A stretch of DNA of 64,000 nt from the IMG/VR virus record IMGVR_UViG_3300034158_000023, positions 1 through 64,000 of that record. One strand, given 5' to 3'. Position numbers and translations under genes: made by a program. Shown piece after piece: positions 7,639-17,623 of this stretch; positions within the stretch are counted from its first letter, which is position 1; every line of letters begins with the position of its first letter. The notes below the pieces were generated by a model. That model saw only the letters and a list, made by a program, of their open reading frames with translations, was not told the DNA's origin and did no database searches.

Positions 7639-8875
7639 CAACAGGAACCTCAATCGTTTTAGAAATAATTAAGAACCTAGCTAACGCTGGTAGTTTAGGT
7701 TCGGTAGTAACTCTATGCATTGGCGTACCAGTCCAACCAGCACGATCGGTCAGCTCAAAGGCAAACTGATCTTGTAAGTACTTAGCCGTACGAAGCACCC
7801 AACCGTTACGTTGGTCAGAGATACTATATTCAGCTATTTTACCATCACCTAGGATTAATGGGTATCTAGGTTTCGTGTAAGTGTAGTACACTCCAGGTAA
7901 CCCAGAGTATTCAACTTCCATAGTACTTACGTTCAAGTCTTTGGTATCTATCAATACAATAAAGGACTGTGATAAACTAAACCATTCTGCAATAACTGCG
8001 TCGCTCATTAAGCTAGCGTAAGCATACGTGCCATTAGGTAAAACTTCTACCTTAAGTGGCGATAGATCAATATCTTTTTTGGCTAAGTTAAAACGTTTAA
8101 CCCAGCTGTAGCGATAGAAATCAAACTTCAATACGTTATCACTAACAGCAGAATAGAGTCCATCTAGTGCGTGTAGGAAGCCACCTAACACTAGGAATGG
8201 AGTTTTGCCTGCCATGCTAACTGGTGACTTGATATAAACGCTTTCTTTATAAGACGCCGACTCAGAGCGTTTAAATAACATGCTCTTAGTTATTGGATAA
8301 CACTTAATAGCACCGATAGATTGGAAATCTAAGAGACCTACCTGAGTATCATCGCCAATACGTCCAGTCTTACAACCGTCATAAATACAGACCCCTTCAG
8401 CTACAGTATCAGCTAAGTGCACAAACCCGTTAACTGTGAATAACCCATACTTAGTTAGGTTATCTTTATTACCTGTAGGATGAGTACCATAAAGGTCTCT
8501 CTGTTGGTCCCAGGAGATATCCATATCTGGATGCATGGATCTGTTCATAGGCTTAAAACTAAAACCACAGTTCCATAACTGCAAAGACCTAACCGTTTTA
8601 TAATCTAAAGCGACCTCAGTAGGTTCTACAGGTAAAGTAGTATTACCGATAGATTGTAAATACTGCGTTAAAGTATAATGCTGGATTTTAACTTCAGGTG
8701 GCAGTTTAGCCATGTTGAGAATGAACTTACCACTTACAACCGAATGGGTTAAGGTAAGATACACACTAACGTATTTAGTGTAAATGTCAGCCATTGACAT
8801 GTTGCCAACATCAACTGGATGGTACTTACCATCTAGGTTATCTAGCAGACCTACGGCTGAAAGCATTTGATACAT
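7625..8875 (-). CDS. virion structural protein (phiKZ-like conserved)
   Basis: Start at ATG 8875 behind AAGGAG; LFTVNGFVH and PFLVLGGFLH motifs as recalled for phiKZ-like virion proteins; divergent from the tail fibre genes. Confidence 0.7.
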   Translation of the reverse strand: MYQMLSAVGLLDNLDGKYHPVDVGNMSMADIYTKYVSVYLTLTHSVVSGKFILNMAKLPPEVKIQHYTLTQYLQSIGNTTLPVEPTEVALDYKTVRSLQLWNCGFSFKPMNRSMHPDMDISWDQQRDLYGTHPTGNKDNLTKYGLFTVNGFVHLADTVAEGVCIYDGCKTGRIGDDTQVGLLDFQSIGAIKCYPITKSMLFKRSESASYKESVYIKSPVSMAGKTPFLVLGGFLHALDGLYSAVSDNVLKFDFYRYSWVKRFNLAKKDIDLSPLKVEVLPNGTYAYASLMSDAVIAEWFSLSQSFIVLIDTKDLNVSTMEVEYSGLPGVYYTYTKPRYPLILGDGKIAEYSISDQRNGWVLRTAKYLQDQFAFELTDRAGWTGTPMHRVTTEPKLPALARFLIISKTIEVPVDDTP

Positions 8876-9012
8876 AAGTAGCTCCTTCGTAAAATGATAA
8901 AATCTCTTCGGTACCACAGCTACTGTATGAGTAAGTGTCAGTACAATATAGGGAAGAAGTCGTGTTCAATTGTATGCGACCCTTTAATCTCCAAAAGTGA
9001 GGCAACCAGATT

Positions 9013-11205
9013 ATGACTCCTAAAGTTTTTACTTATCCATTCGATCCGTCTGGATTAGCATTCAGTAATAAAATCCCATCAGAATCACATACCATAACCC
9101 CGGCTAATGGTAGAGATTTTAGATTCATCGTTCCAAAAGCAGCCCCTTATTTTGCTCGCAGTATGGTAGTCAAACATCCAGGTACTGGTAAGACTTTACA
9201 GAAAGGGATTGATTGGGTTCCAGGACATCGTTTTGTTGCTGCTTCTAATACATCCCCATACCCAGAGGTTTATGGGTCTATCATACTTTTAGATAACACC
9301 TTAGATGGCACATTTAAACTAGAGCCTTATCAAACGCTGGGTGGTGAATATACCATCGATGAAACTACAGCGTTAGAAGTACTGGCTAACAAACTGTTAG
9401 ACCCACGTTTAACTACTTGGGATAAAGTTGTTGATGCGCCGTTAGTGTATGATGTACTAACTCACTTACATCACGTGAGTGGTAGTGTCGGTTATGACGC
9501 TATGGTTACAGCTTTGCAAAACTTAGTAACAGCCTTCACTTTAGAATCTTCAAAACTAAACGACCGTATCTCTGCTCATGCTGGCGACAGTTTAAACCCG
9601 CATAAGTTATCGTTGGTGCAATTAGGCATTGATCGTTTTGCTAACGTGTATCGTGAAAGTTTAGAGGCAGTGTTAAAGGGTGAAGGTAACATTAACTATG
9701 TTACTGCTTATCAGTTAGCACAAAAGATATCTAAAGAGATTGACATAGTAGGTAAGTCTGGTCAGGAAGGACAGTTAGCTTATTACACAGGTGCAGCAGC
9801 AGCCTTCAGTACGATCAGCGATTACGTTTTAAACAACGTAGCTGTAGTAGAAAATGCTGCTGATCTAACTACGCAGTTAGCCGCTCGTGAGAATTTCCTT
9901 CAGGTGTATAACTCATGGCAACGTATCGCAATGAGTGGTAACAGTCTGACTGGTACTCCAGGTGAGTTGACTGGTTGGAGTTATGACGCTGCATCAGATG
10001 CGGTGCTCAGTACTATTAACTCTAACAGTTTGATTGGGTTAGTGTGTCCTGAGCAAGTCAGTGGTGACTACGTCTTTGAAGTGGAAGTAAGTTCTACTAA
10101 TGCTGATGATGACTATATCGGTATCTCTCTGGGCTTAGCCGTTGTAGAGGGCAAGATGCGTAACTTATCTTTGCTGAGATCTGCATCTAACCCTACATCA
10201 TCAGGGGCTCCTACAGCTATTGCTAGTATGACTTTAACTTATGACTTTGGTGGTCAAGGAGCTACGGCTCTAGCTACTATTCCAGGTCTGTTAAACTACC
10301 CTAATGGTTGGGCAGGCTATACAGCAGGTGTGGTTAAGTTGCGAGTGCGCCGAGTAGGTACTGTTCTGTATATGTCTACCACTAACCCAGGTGGCGACTA
10401 TTTACCAGAAGTTGCTTATGACCTAAACTCTAAAGTGCAAACTCAAGTATTTGCTGGTGCAGTTAACTTAGGTTATGTCTCTTTCTCTCAAGCGGCAGCT
10501 AAGTGGAAAACTTTACGTAGAACAGGTGCTAACCCAGTTATCGTAGCCACTCACAACCAGCAAGTATCTGAGTGGAACGGTACTACGTATGTATTAACTG
10601 CTAAGACACCTAAAGACATTCTGAAGAAAGGTCGTTTCTATAAGAACCACCATTTCTCTCGAGTGTATTACTGTCCAGCTCCAGGCACTGTAAACATAGT
10701 CACTAATGCTATTGCCACATATGAACCTACTACTACTGCTAAGCAACGCGGTAGAGCTGCTGTGGTGTTAGACGATGGGGTTGTTTGGACTGGTCATAAG
10801 TTACAGTTAACTAGTGCTGATGGTACTCCAGCTGGTGCTATCCAAGTAACTAATGGTAAAATGGAGTTTGTTAACGCAGCTGGTCAAGTCATGGCCTACT
10901 TCGATACCAACAAACAGTTTATGCATAGTGGTTCTACCTTTATGTCTGATAAACGTTTTAAGGACATCACCCAAATGATTTCTAATAAGGGTGCATTACC
11001 TTACTACGAATGGGTGTGGAAGAAACATCCATGTGTACCAGAACATTTCTGGGGCACTAAAGGTTGGGGTGTACTAGCGCAAGATGTACAAAAAGTGCTG
11101 CCGCAGTTTGTCCATGAATCCCCAGAACACGGATTCCTTTCAGTGGACGAAACTAAACTAGCTCTATACCTGAGTTTAGTAGGTGGTTGTTCTAAGGTTG
11201 ATTAA
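9013..11205 (+). CDS. tail fibre protein with lectin-like domain and C-terminal intramolecular chaperone (peptidase S74)
   Basis: N-terminal YPFDPSG..N.I..E.H anchor shared with 15765..16418; central VEVSSTNADDDYIG; C-terminal SDKRFKDI...GVLAQDVQKVLP..V. Confidence 0.85.
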   Translation: MTPKVFTYPFDPSGLAFSNKIPSESHTITPANGRDFRFIVPKAAPYFARSMVVKHPGTGKTLQKGIDWVPGHRFVAASNTSPYPEVYGSIILLDNTLDGTFKLEPYQTLGGEYTIDETTALEVLANKLLDPRLTTWDKVVDAPLVYDVLTHLHHVSGSVGYDAMVTALQNLVTAFTLESSKLNDRISAHAGDSLNPHKLSLVQLGIDRFANVYRESLEAVLKGEGNINYVTAYQLAQKISKEIDIVGKSGQEGQLAYYTGAAAAFSTISDYVLNNVAVVENAADLTTQLAARENFLQVYNSWQRIAMSGNSLTGTPGELTGWSYDAASDAVLSTINSNSLIGLVCPEQVSGDYVFEVEVSSTNADDDYIGISLGLAVVEGKMRNLSLLRSASNPTSSGAPTAIASMTLTYDFGGQGATALATIPGLLNYPNGWAGYTAGVVKLRVRRVGTVLYMSTTNPGGDYLPEVAYDLNSKVQTQVFAGAVNLGYVSFSQAAAKWKTLRRTGANPVIVATHNQQVSEWNGTTYVLTAKTPKDILKKGRFYKNHHFSRVYYCPAPGTVNIVTNAIATYEPTTTAKQRGRAAVVLDDGVVWTGHKLQLTSADGTPAGAIQVTNGKMEFVNAAGQVMAYFDTNKQFMHSGSTFMSDKRFKDITQMISNKGALPYYEWVWKKHPCVPEHFWGTKGWGVLAQDVQKVLPQFVHESPEHGFLSVDETKLALYLSLVGGCSKVD

Positions 11206-11220
11206 AAAGAGGACTGTTTA

Positions 11221-14200
11221 ATGTCAGGTTACCTATTACGCGTAATTGACCTAGACACCATATTTGAACCTCTAGCTCCAGGGGATGCTCGTTATCCCCT
11301 GGACACTGGTTTCTTTAGTGAAAACAATGTAGATGCTAAAGACAAATACGCGCAATTAGCGCTAGGTGATCGTTACCATGAAAACGTTGGTCACGTTAGA
11401 CTAGATACTGACTTGCGTGACATTTTTGCCGCTTTAGGTTCAGTACCTCGTTTTAATCCTTTACCATGGTTAGACAATACTGGCCCTATAACTACTCCGG
11501 TAATTTATAGACAGCCATCAAGAGCACTGTTAACCAAAGTGGATTTAGCTTGCCGTATTTTAGCAGATGGCCGTTGTGAGATAACTGCACAATCCCCTGA
11601 TATCCACAGCAACCCCAATGCAAGAAAAAATGACGTGCTGTATTCATTAGCCCAACCACCGTTGTGGGATGAAGCTAAGGTGCCAGCAGGTGTAGACTTC
11701 GAAGTACGTTACGAGTTAGTTAGTGGGACTGGTTGGACTCTAGATGGGGGCATTCCTTTTGATGCATGGACCAGACTTACCGTTGGGCATCCAGGGACTA
11801 CTTTACGTGGTCAGTTAGTTTACAACCATGCTACTCAAGCTGAAGGGTCAATCGTATCTCAACCTAAAGTCAGAATACATTTACGTAGAACTGACTTCCC
11901 TAACACTAACAAAACCTCTGGGGTTATCACAGCGAATCTAACGTTGTCAGTTAATCCTAGTTTATTCATTCCTGTTAGTGCATGGACTAAAACTATTAGT
12001 AGTACTAACAATGCTGCTACTAACTATCACAATCCAGATGGTAACACTGGTAGTTTCCCTGCTAACGCCAAAGCTGAGTTTAACCTAAACGGTACTTTAA
12101 ACTTCTTCACGATGAACCACACTGGAGCATGGGTTTTAGTTTTAAGTACTAGATGGAGAAGAGATGACGCAGAGACAGCAACAACTGACTATGATGTTTT
12201 ATGTGAAGTAGTCGGCATAACGGGTGGCGGTTCATTAGGTAACCCAGTTGCTGCGTGGACTCAAGTGACGCAAGGTTATGTGATTATGTTGTCTAGTGCA
12301 GCTGCTAACAGCGCTGCTCCAGGTACATACACAGACACCCGCACCATTCGATTAAGCGTTCGTCAAAGATCTACTCGTGGTTATAGAGAAGGTGGTGCGC
12401 TGTTACCAGATAACTTTGTGTCTGGTGATTTCGTACTATCTAACACTGTGGTTGTTAAACCGCCTCTACCTTTAGAGTGGCCTAGTATTGCTGGTTGGAG
12501 TGGGGATTTCAGTGAGACTAAAACTGTTGAACTCAACCCAGGTGTATCGGGGGCGTTAAGTGAAGCCATTAGACTTACATTTGATGCCAGCGGTTCTGTG
12601 ATTGTAGGTAGCACCCAGAAACAACTAGGTAGCGGTAGTTGGTTACCGCCTGGCGTTAACCCTAGCCAAATAGAAATGCGGTCAGTAATGACGGCGTCTG
12701 GAACTGGAGCAGGACATGCTACTGGTTCTGAGTGGGATGAACTGAAAGCTAATTGGGTTTCATTTGCAGCTGGTACTAAAGTGTTGCAATCTTCTATTGC
12801 TATCACTCCAGCCGTAGGTTCAGCTTACCGACAGTATCAGGGTTCTATCCAGATGCGTAGAAAATCATATCCTAGTGATGTGGTTACTATACCTTTACGT
12901 TTATGGTCTCAGGTAGAGTATGGTGCACCACCTGCTTATCAGTGGCCTGCTACTAACTGGGCAGGGGTTAGAACTGCTAAACACTCTGTACCTTTCACAC
13001 CGGAGAACCCTAACGCTATTGCTGAAATGATTGGTATTTATTTTAGCAGTAACGGTAACGTTTCTATTAACCGTAGTGTGCATGGCTCAGCTGACAACAC
13101 TCAGTTAAGTGCTGGTAAATGGTTACCTACTGGGATTGCTGCTAGTGATGTAGAAATTTTAGTAAGTGGTAATTTCTCTGGTTCTGCTGGTGCTGATGTT
13201 AACCAATTGGGGACATGGACACAAGTTTTAACTGGCTCTAAGTATCTGATGGTACAGGTTAGTCACAACTCTGCTGTATCTGGGTTAGGGGCCTCATCTC
13301 GTAACTTTACAGGCACGATCTCATTGCGTCGTAAGTTATACCCTAGTGATGTCATTACGTTTAACGTGGATTTAACTCCCACTGCTGAAATCACTGCCCC
13401 AGTTGCTCCTAACTGGACTGGTATGACGTTACCAGATTTGGTTTACACGGTAACTAAAGACTTAGACCATTTGAGACCGAATTTGTTTGAAACTGTTATG
13501 GTTAGCTACATCATGCATTATGGTACTGGCACCTCAGCTAAGAACGTGGTAGGTCATCACCTTTACGACACTCAGATATCTGGTGCTCCGGATGGCATAG
13601 ATTCTGATATAGTGGTAGTTAACACGCGGATCACTCCAGATGGTTGGAGTCCAGCTGACTTTGAATGGTCTTTCCGTGTAATCTCTGGTAATGTGGATAA
13701 CGTTGATCCAGGGGTTTGGAAAGGGATGTCTAATGCGTCTTATAGCGTACAGTTAGGTGTTACCACTAACCACGGTATGGGTGCAGGTACTTATAAACGT
13801 TCTGGTGTTATAGCCATCGACGTTAGACGTAAAGCCTATCCTAGTCAAATGTATACGTTTACCTGTAAGTTAGAACCAACTATTGTACTTGTGCAAAATG
13901 GTCCTGCTTGGGGGATGATTACTTTACCTGACCATGCTACTACGGTTAACGCAGGTGCGGGGCAAAACTATCCAGGAGAGTCTGATGCTGACGTTTGTTC
14001 AACTGGTTACCAAATTGCTGTAAACGATAGCGGGGTAAACAGTTTCTTAAACAAACACAGTTACTATGGCTCTGATGTGGTACCAGGTAAAATTGACAAC
14101 GTTGTGGATGCTAGGTTCACTCCAAGTAACTGGGATGTGGATGACCTCGAATGGAAATATGATATTGTTTCTGAGGTAGGCGGGAAATTCCAAGCAGGGT

Positions 14201-14895
14201 ATTATCTCCCTGGTGCGGTATTGCCGCCTGGCACATGGGCTAACGTAACTGACCTGAAGTTTGTGGCGTTCTATAGTGCTAACCGCACCACTAAGAATGT
14301 GGGGGATGTTGTAACTGGCGTAGGTAAGTTGAATATATCAGTACGAGTGAAATCTCAACCAGCTTTAATGTTCACTTACCCTACTGTTACATTTACTAAC
14401 CGCATTAACTACGTTGCTCCTAATCTAACCCTGTGGCCTAGACCTGATTTTCAGAATTGGGCTGGCACTTACTATCACACCACATCTGTGGAAGTGCAAA
14501 CTTCTTACAAGAACTGGATTGGTAGTTTTCGGGGTGATACTTACGGGTTAGTGGCAGACTGGGAATTTACATTCTTTAGTGACGGGACCTGGTCCTGGGC
14601 TGGTAATGGAATGAATACTCAGCAACATGATGGACGATGGGCTGCTGCCCCAACCTCTGGTAACGATTACTCCATTAGAGCCACTGGTATAGCCACGTAT
14701 GGTTCAACGGCTACGATTAATGGTACTTGGCAGTCACTGATCGCTAAACGGATAATTACATTTTCTATTAACCGTCCGCCTGCTGGTGAACCGGATAACA
14801 ACGGTCGTTGGGCTGGCACAGTAGAAATCCGTAACAACGTTAGCGGTGAGATAATTACTGGTCAATTGGTGGTTGCAGCTACCTCACACAGATAA
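11221..14895 (+). CDS. putative tail-fibre tip adhesin with about 7 tandem beta-rich repeats
   Basis: Follows the S74 fibre; repeats of about 155-175 aa, each opening with a Pro/Trp linker and containing W(L)P and IRRK.YP-like motifs. Confidence 0.75.
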   Translation: MSGYLLRVIDLDTIFEPLAPGDARYPLDTGFFSENNVDAKDKYAQLALGDRYHENVGHVRLDTDLRDIFAALGSVPRFNPLPWLDNTGPITTPVIYRQPSRALLTKVDLACRILADGRCEITAQSPDIHSNPNARKNDVLYSLAQPPLWDEAKVPAGVDFEVRYELVSGTGWTLDGGIPFDAWTRLTVGHPGTTLRGQLVYNHATQAEGSIVSQPKVRIHLRRTDFPNTNKTSGVITANLTLSVNPSLFIPVSAWTKTISSTNNAATNYHNPDGNTGSFPANAKAEFNLNGTLNFFTMNHTGAWVLVLSTRWRRDDAETATTDYDVLCEVVGITGGGSLGNPVAAWTQVTQGYVIMLSSAAANSAAPGTYTDTRTIRLSVRQRSTRGYREGGALLPDNFVSGDFVLSNTVVVKPPLPLEWPSIAGWSGDFSETKTVELNPGVSGALSEAIRLTFDASGSVIVGSTQKQLGSGSWLPPGVNPSQIEMRSVMTASGTGAGHATGSEWDELKANWVSFAAGTKVLQSSIAITPAVGSAYRQYQGSIQMRRKSYPSDVVTIPLRLWSQVEYGAPPAYQWPATNWAGVRTAKHSVPFTPENPNAIAEMIGIYFSSNGNVSINRSVHGSADNTQLSAGKWLPTGIAASDVEILVSGNFSGSAGADVNQLGTWTQVLTGSKYLMVQVSHNSAVSGLGASSRNFTGTISLRRKLYPSDVITFNVDLTPTAEITAPVAPNWTGMTLPDLVYTVTKDLDHLRPNLFETVMVSYIMHYGTGTSAKNVVGHHLYDTQISGAPDGIDSDIVVVNTRITPDGWSPADFEWSFRVISGNVDNVDPGVWKGMSNASYSVQLGVTTNHGMGAGTYKRSGVIAIDVRRKAYPSQMYTFTCKLEPTIVLVQNGPAWGMITLPDHATTVNAGAGQNYPGESDADVCSTGYQIAVNDSGVNSFLNKHSYYGSDVVPGKIDNVVDARFTPSNWDVDDLEWKYDIVSEVGGKFQAGYYLPGAVLPPGTWANVTDLKFVAFYSANRTTKNVGDVVTGVGKLNISVRVKSQPALMFTYPTVTFTNRINYVAPNLTLWPRPDFQNWAGTYYHTTSVEVQTSYKNWIGSFRGDTYGLVADWEFTFFSDGTWSWAGNGMNTQQHDGRWAAAPTSGNDYSIRATGIATYGSTATINGTWQSLIAKRIITFSINRPPAGEPDNNGRWAGTVEIRNNVSGEIITGQLVVAATSHR

Positions 14896-14905
14896 GGAGT
14901 AACGT

Positions 14906-15754
14906 ATGTCGCGTATCATGGGCACGCACTGTAGTGTTGAATATTCTTATTACAAGGATGTTCTCATCACCATGAGCAACACACAGAAAAAACAGGCCGC
15001 CTTAATACCAACAAATGCTACTTCAAGTGACTATGAATATCAGATTTCCGCTCTGACTTCATCTGGCTCCATACTAACGTTTGGAGCCGTTAACCTCTGG
15101 TCTACATTGCCAGACTTATCTTCTTTCGATCAAAAAGCCTTGCTTTATAGCATGGAAATTAACGTAGATGAATCTGCACCCACCGGGGACACCACTTGTT
15201 GGGTGCAGTTCACTTTAACGGTAAGAAAGAAAAGTAATCACTTGGATTATGCATCTGGAGTTATTAAACTGGTACCCACGTTGAGTATAGTGGGACCTCC
15301 ACCTCCACCTCCTGGATTGTGGGCTAGCCCTGAAGGGCAGTACACATATGGGATACAGTCGTATGTGGCGGTTAACAACAACGGGGAGGCTTGGACACTT
15401 AAAGAAACCTTCTTTAATACTGATGGTACTTGGCAAGACGTTAATAACGTTAACGCTGGATTTAACCGATCTGGACGGTGGTTACCAGCCGGAGCTAATG
15501 CGGCTAACTATTCCTTACGTTGTAGGGATGTAACCACAATAATAGTTGGTAGTCAAGATGTAAACATTACCTCCGTTTGGCAGAAGGCTAACGTTAGACG
15601 GTATGTTAGAATTGAATGCAGGATTCCCAGGAATAATTCTCCGGGTACTCGTGAAACTAGATGGTACGGTATCATCGATGTCCGTAACGACCTTACTGGA
15701 GAGATTGTGTACTCTGGATGGTTATGGACTCGTGCAATTGTTACATTAACTTAA
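14906..15754 (+). CDS. adhesin-repeat protein (two repeats of the 11221..14895 family)
   Basis: FFNTDGTW..SGRW..NYSLR..RW.G.IDVRN..TGEI matches the last repeat of the upstream gene; own AAGGAG RBS. Confidence 0.75.
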   Translation: MSRIMGTHCSVEYSYYKDVLITMSNTQKKQAALIPTNATSSDYEYQISALTSSGSILTFGAVNLWSTLPDLSSFDQKALLYSMEINVDESAPTGDTTCWVQFTLTVRKKSNHLDYASGVIKLVPTLSIVGPPPPPPGLWASPEGQYTYGIQSYVAVNNNGEAWTLKETFFNTDGTWQDVNNVNAGFNRSGRWLPAGANAANYSLRCRDVTTIIVGSQDVNITSVWQKANVRRYVRIECRIPRNNSPGTRETRWYGIIDVRNDLTGEIVYSGWLWTRAIVTLT

Positions 15755-15764
15755 GAGGCCCACG

Positions 15765-16418
15765 ATGGCAGATATATTAAAATACCCAGAGGATCTAACT
15801 GGTATTAACCCTACCAACTTAGTATCCAATGAGGTTAAACTTCTACCCAGAATTAATAACCGTGGTTTTGCTCCTAGCTATGGGCCATTCTTTGCTGAGT
15901 CGTTCAAGTTATGGCATGTGGCTACTGGGAAACTGTTAGAGCCAGGGGTAGATTATCAGATTCTGGTAATGAACCAAAAAGCCACACGGGTTAGTGGCAA
16001 ATTAGTCTGTAGTTTGATCTACGTAAATAATCCTTTATACGCAGATGAGTTCCGGTATACTTACCAGACCATCGGTGATAACTGGACTATGAACGTAGAA
16101 GCCATTCAGCAGATGATTGACGCTCTACAGTTAGATGGTCGAAGCATTATCTGGGATGACATTCTAGATAAGCCTGTACTGTTCCCTCCTGCTCCTCATC
16201 TACATGACGTAGCAGACTGGTACGGTATGGAAGCAGTAGTTGACTCCATCGACAACTTAACTGAGGCTGTCAAGTATGGAGATGTGGCTTTGAAAGAACA
16301 ACTCTTAGCTCAGTTAGCTAACGTCCAAGCCCAAATTTTAGCACTACTGTCGGCCTCGACTCAAACTAACTTGGCTCTTGGTTCGTTACAAGACCGAGTT
16401 ACCACATTGGAGCAGTAA
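15765..16418 (+). CDS. short tail-fibre-family virion protein
   Basis: YPEDLTG.NPTNLV..E N-terminus and W..I.DKP..FPP..HLH motif paralogous to the N-terminus of 9013..11205. Confidence 0.75.
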   Translation: MADILKYPEDLTGINPTNLVSNEVKLLPRINNRGFAPSYGPFFAESFKLWHVATGKLLEPGVDYQILVMNQKATRVSGKLVCSLIYVNNPLYADEFRYTYQTIGDNWTMNVEAIQQMIDALQLDGRSIIWDDILDKPVLFPPAPHLHDVADWYGMEAVVDSIDNLTEAVKYGDVALKEQLLAQLANVQAQILALLSASTQTNLALGSLQDRVTTLEQ

Positions 16419-17018
16419 ATGGCAAAATTAACTAAATGGGAAATCATCAAAGACAAAACAGCTGTAGAAGCTGGTCATGTGGATGACCCTGATGACCTAG
16501 GTAAAGCTACCCATCATGGTATCACCCAAGAAACTTCATTAGAGTGGAAACACTTGTGGCCTAAGTACAACTGGAATGGTGACATGCGTACCATGCCACG
16601 TGAATTGGCTTATGAGATTTATGATTTGGGTTGGTGGCAAAGACTGGGACTGGATAGTGTGCTTATCCTCTCTGATTCGCTCGCAGAGCGCATGTTCGAC
16701 TTTGGGATTAACGCAGGTAGGGCAAATGCTGTTCGTTCGTTACAGCGCATCCTAAACGTTATGAACAAGCGTGGAAGCTTGTGGCCAGATCTTAATCCTG
16801 ATGGAGGATGGGGGGATAAGACATACCGGACGCTAGAAACGTGTTTGAGGATGTCTGATGAAAACTTAAGTAACGTTGAGTATGTGATGTTCTGCATGCA
16901 GACGTATCACTACGTAGACATCAGTGAGAAACGTGAAGCTAATGAGAAGTTCACTAACGGTTGGTTCAATCGGGTACGACGCGATTGTCGAACATACTGG
17001 CAGCGTTACTTTAGTTAG
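16419..17018 (+). CDS. endolysin, glycoside hydrolase family 108 with C-terminal peptidoglycan-binding domain
   Basis: EAGHVDDPDDLGKATHHGIT (the EGGY..P.D.GG.T..GIT motif), FDFGINAG, LQR.LN and F..GWFNR. Confidence 0.9.
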   Translation: MAKLTKWEIIKDKTAVEAGHVDDPDDLGKATHHGITQETSLEWKHLWPKYNWNGDMRTMPRELAYEIYDLGWWQRLGLDSVLILSDSLAERMFDFGINAGRANAVRSLQRILNVMNKRGSLWPDLNPDGGWGDKTYRTLETCLRMSDENLSNVEYVMFCMQTYHYVDISEKREANEKFTNGWFNRVRRDCRTYWQRYFS

Positions 17019-17059
17019 ACAGCATAATTAGGAGGAGCTTAGCTCCTCCTGTATGCCGT
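17019..17059 (+). terminator. hairpin flanked by ACAGCATA and TATGCCGT
   Basis: AGGAGGAGCT/AGCTCCTCCT stem at 17030-17050. Confidence 0.8.
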
Positions 17060-17078
17060 TTGCAAATATATGCAAGTA

Positions 17079-17086
17079 TATATTAT
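17079..17086 (+). promoter_or_regulatory. early promoter variant TATATTAT
   Basis: GTATATATTAT after the terminator and before a TATAAAAGGA leader. Confidence 0.6.
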
Positions 17087-17123
17087 TTTGGTGTACTACC
17101 CTAATTATAAAAGGAACACTTAG

Positions 17124-17447
17124 ATGCAAACCACTCCGTTAACAATACTATTAGTTTTATCTTACCTGATCGTCTGTTGGTACAACATTAAAACAGCTTA
17201 TTCTGATGTGCGCCTTAGATCTTCTCCTATGGTAGGAGCAGTAGTTATAGCACTTTTCTTATTACCCTTACTATCGTGGTCAGTGAGTTTTAAGTTGCTG
17301 TTCTGTCTTTTCCTTATGTCTAATACCTTAGCTGTTTTGAATCCAAAGATGATGGCTACTAAGATTGGGCAACTGTGGCTTAAGTATATTAACAGTTTTA
17401 CTTATATGGTAATCCCAATTGCGTTTATTTTCTATTTAATAGATTAA
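17124..17447 (+). CDS. small multi-pass membrane protein
   Basis: Three to four hydrophobic segments in 107 aa. Confidence 0.75.
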   Translation: MQTTPLTILLVLSYLIVCWYNIKTAYSDVRLRSSPMVGAVVIALFLLPLLSWSVSFKLLFCLFLMSNTLAVLNPKMMATKIGQLWLKYINSFTYMVIPIAFIFYLID

Positions 17448-17623
17448 AATGTAAAATGTGTTTTATTTTACACAGAGTCTCTATATTTATGTATCTTTAT
17501 ATCTTGAAGGCTCTCCTACGACGTAGTCGTCTATGCTGTTTATATATAAAGAGAGATTTAAAACTAATACTAGAGGGAGGGGATAAACCCTCCCGTTATC
17601 TCTAAAAACAAAAGGAATGTACC

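Noticed and set aside
11221-15754. Possible diversity-generating retroelement or invertase shufflon acting on the adhesin
   Set aside because: No reverse transcriptase or recombinase in the window, no near-identical template/variable repeat pair, and no inverted crossover sites visible; the repeats are similar only at protein level
17124-17447. Holin call for the membrane gene after the endolysin
   Set aside because: Separated from the endolysin by a terminator and preceded by an early-type promoter; no holin-specific features
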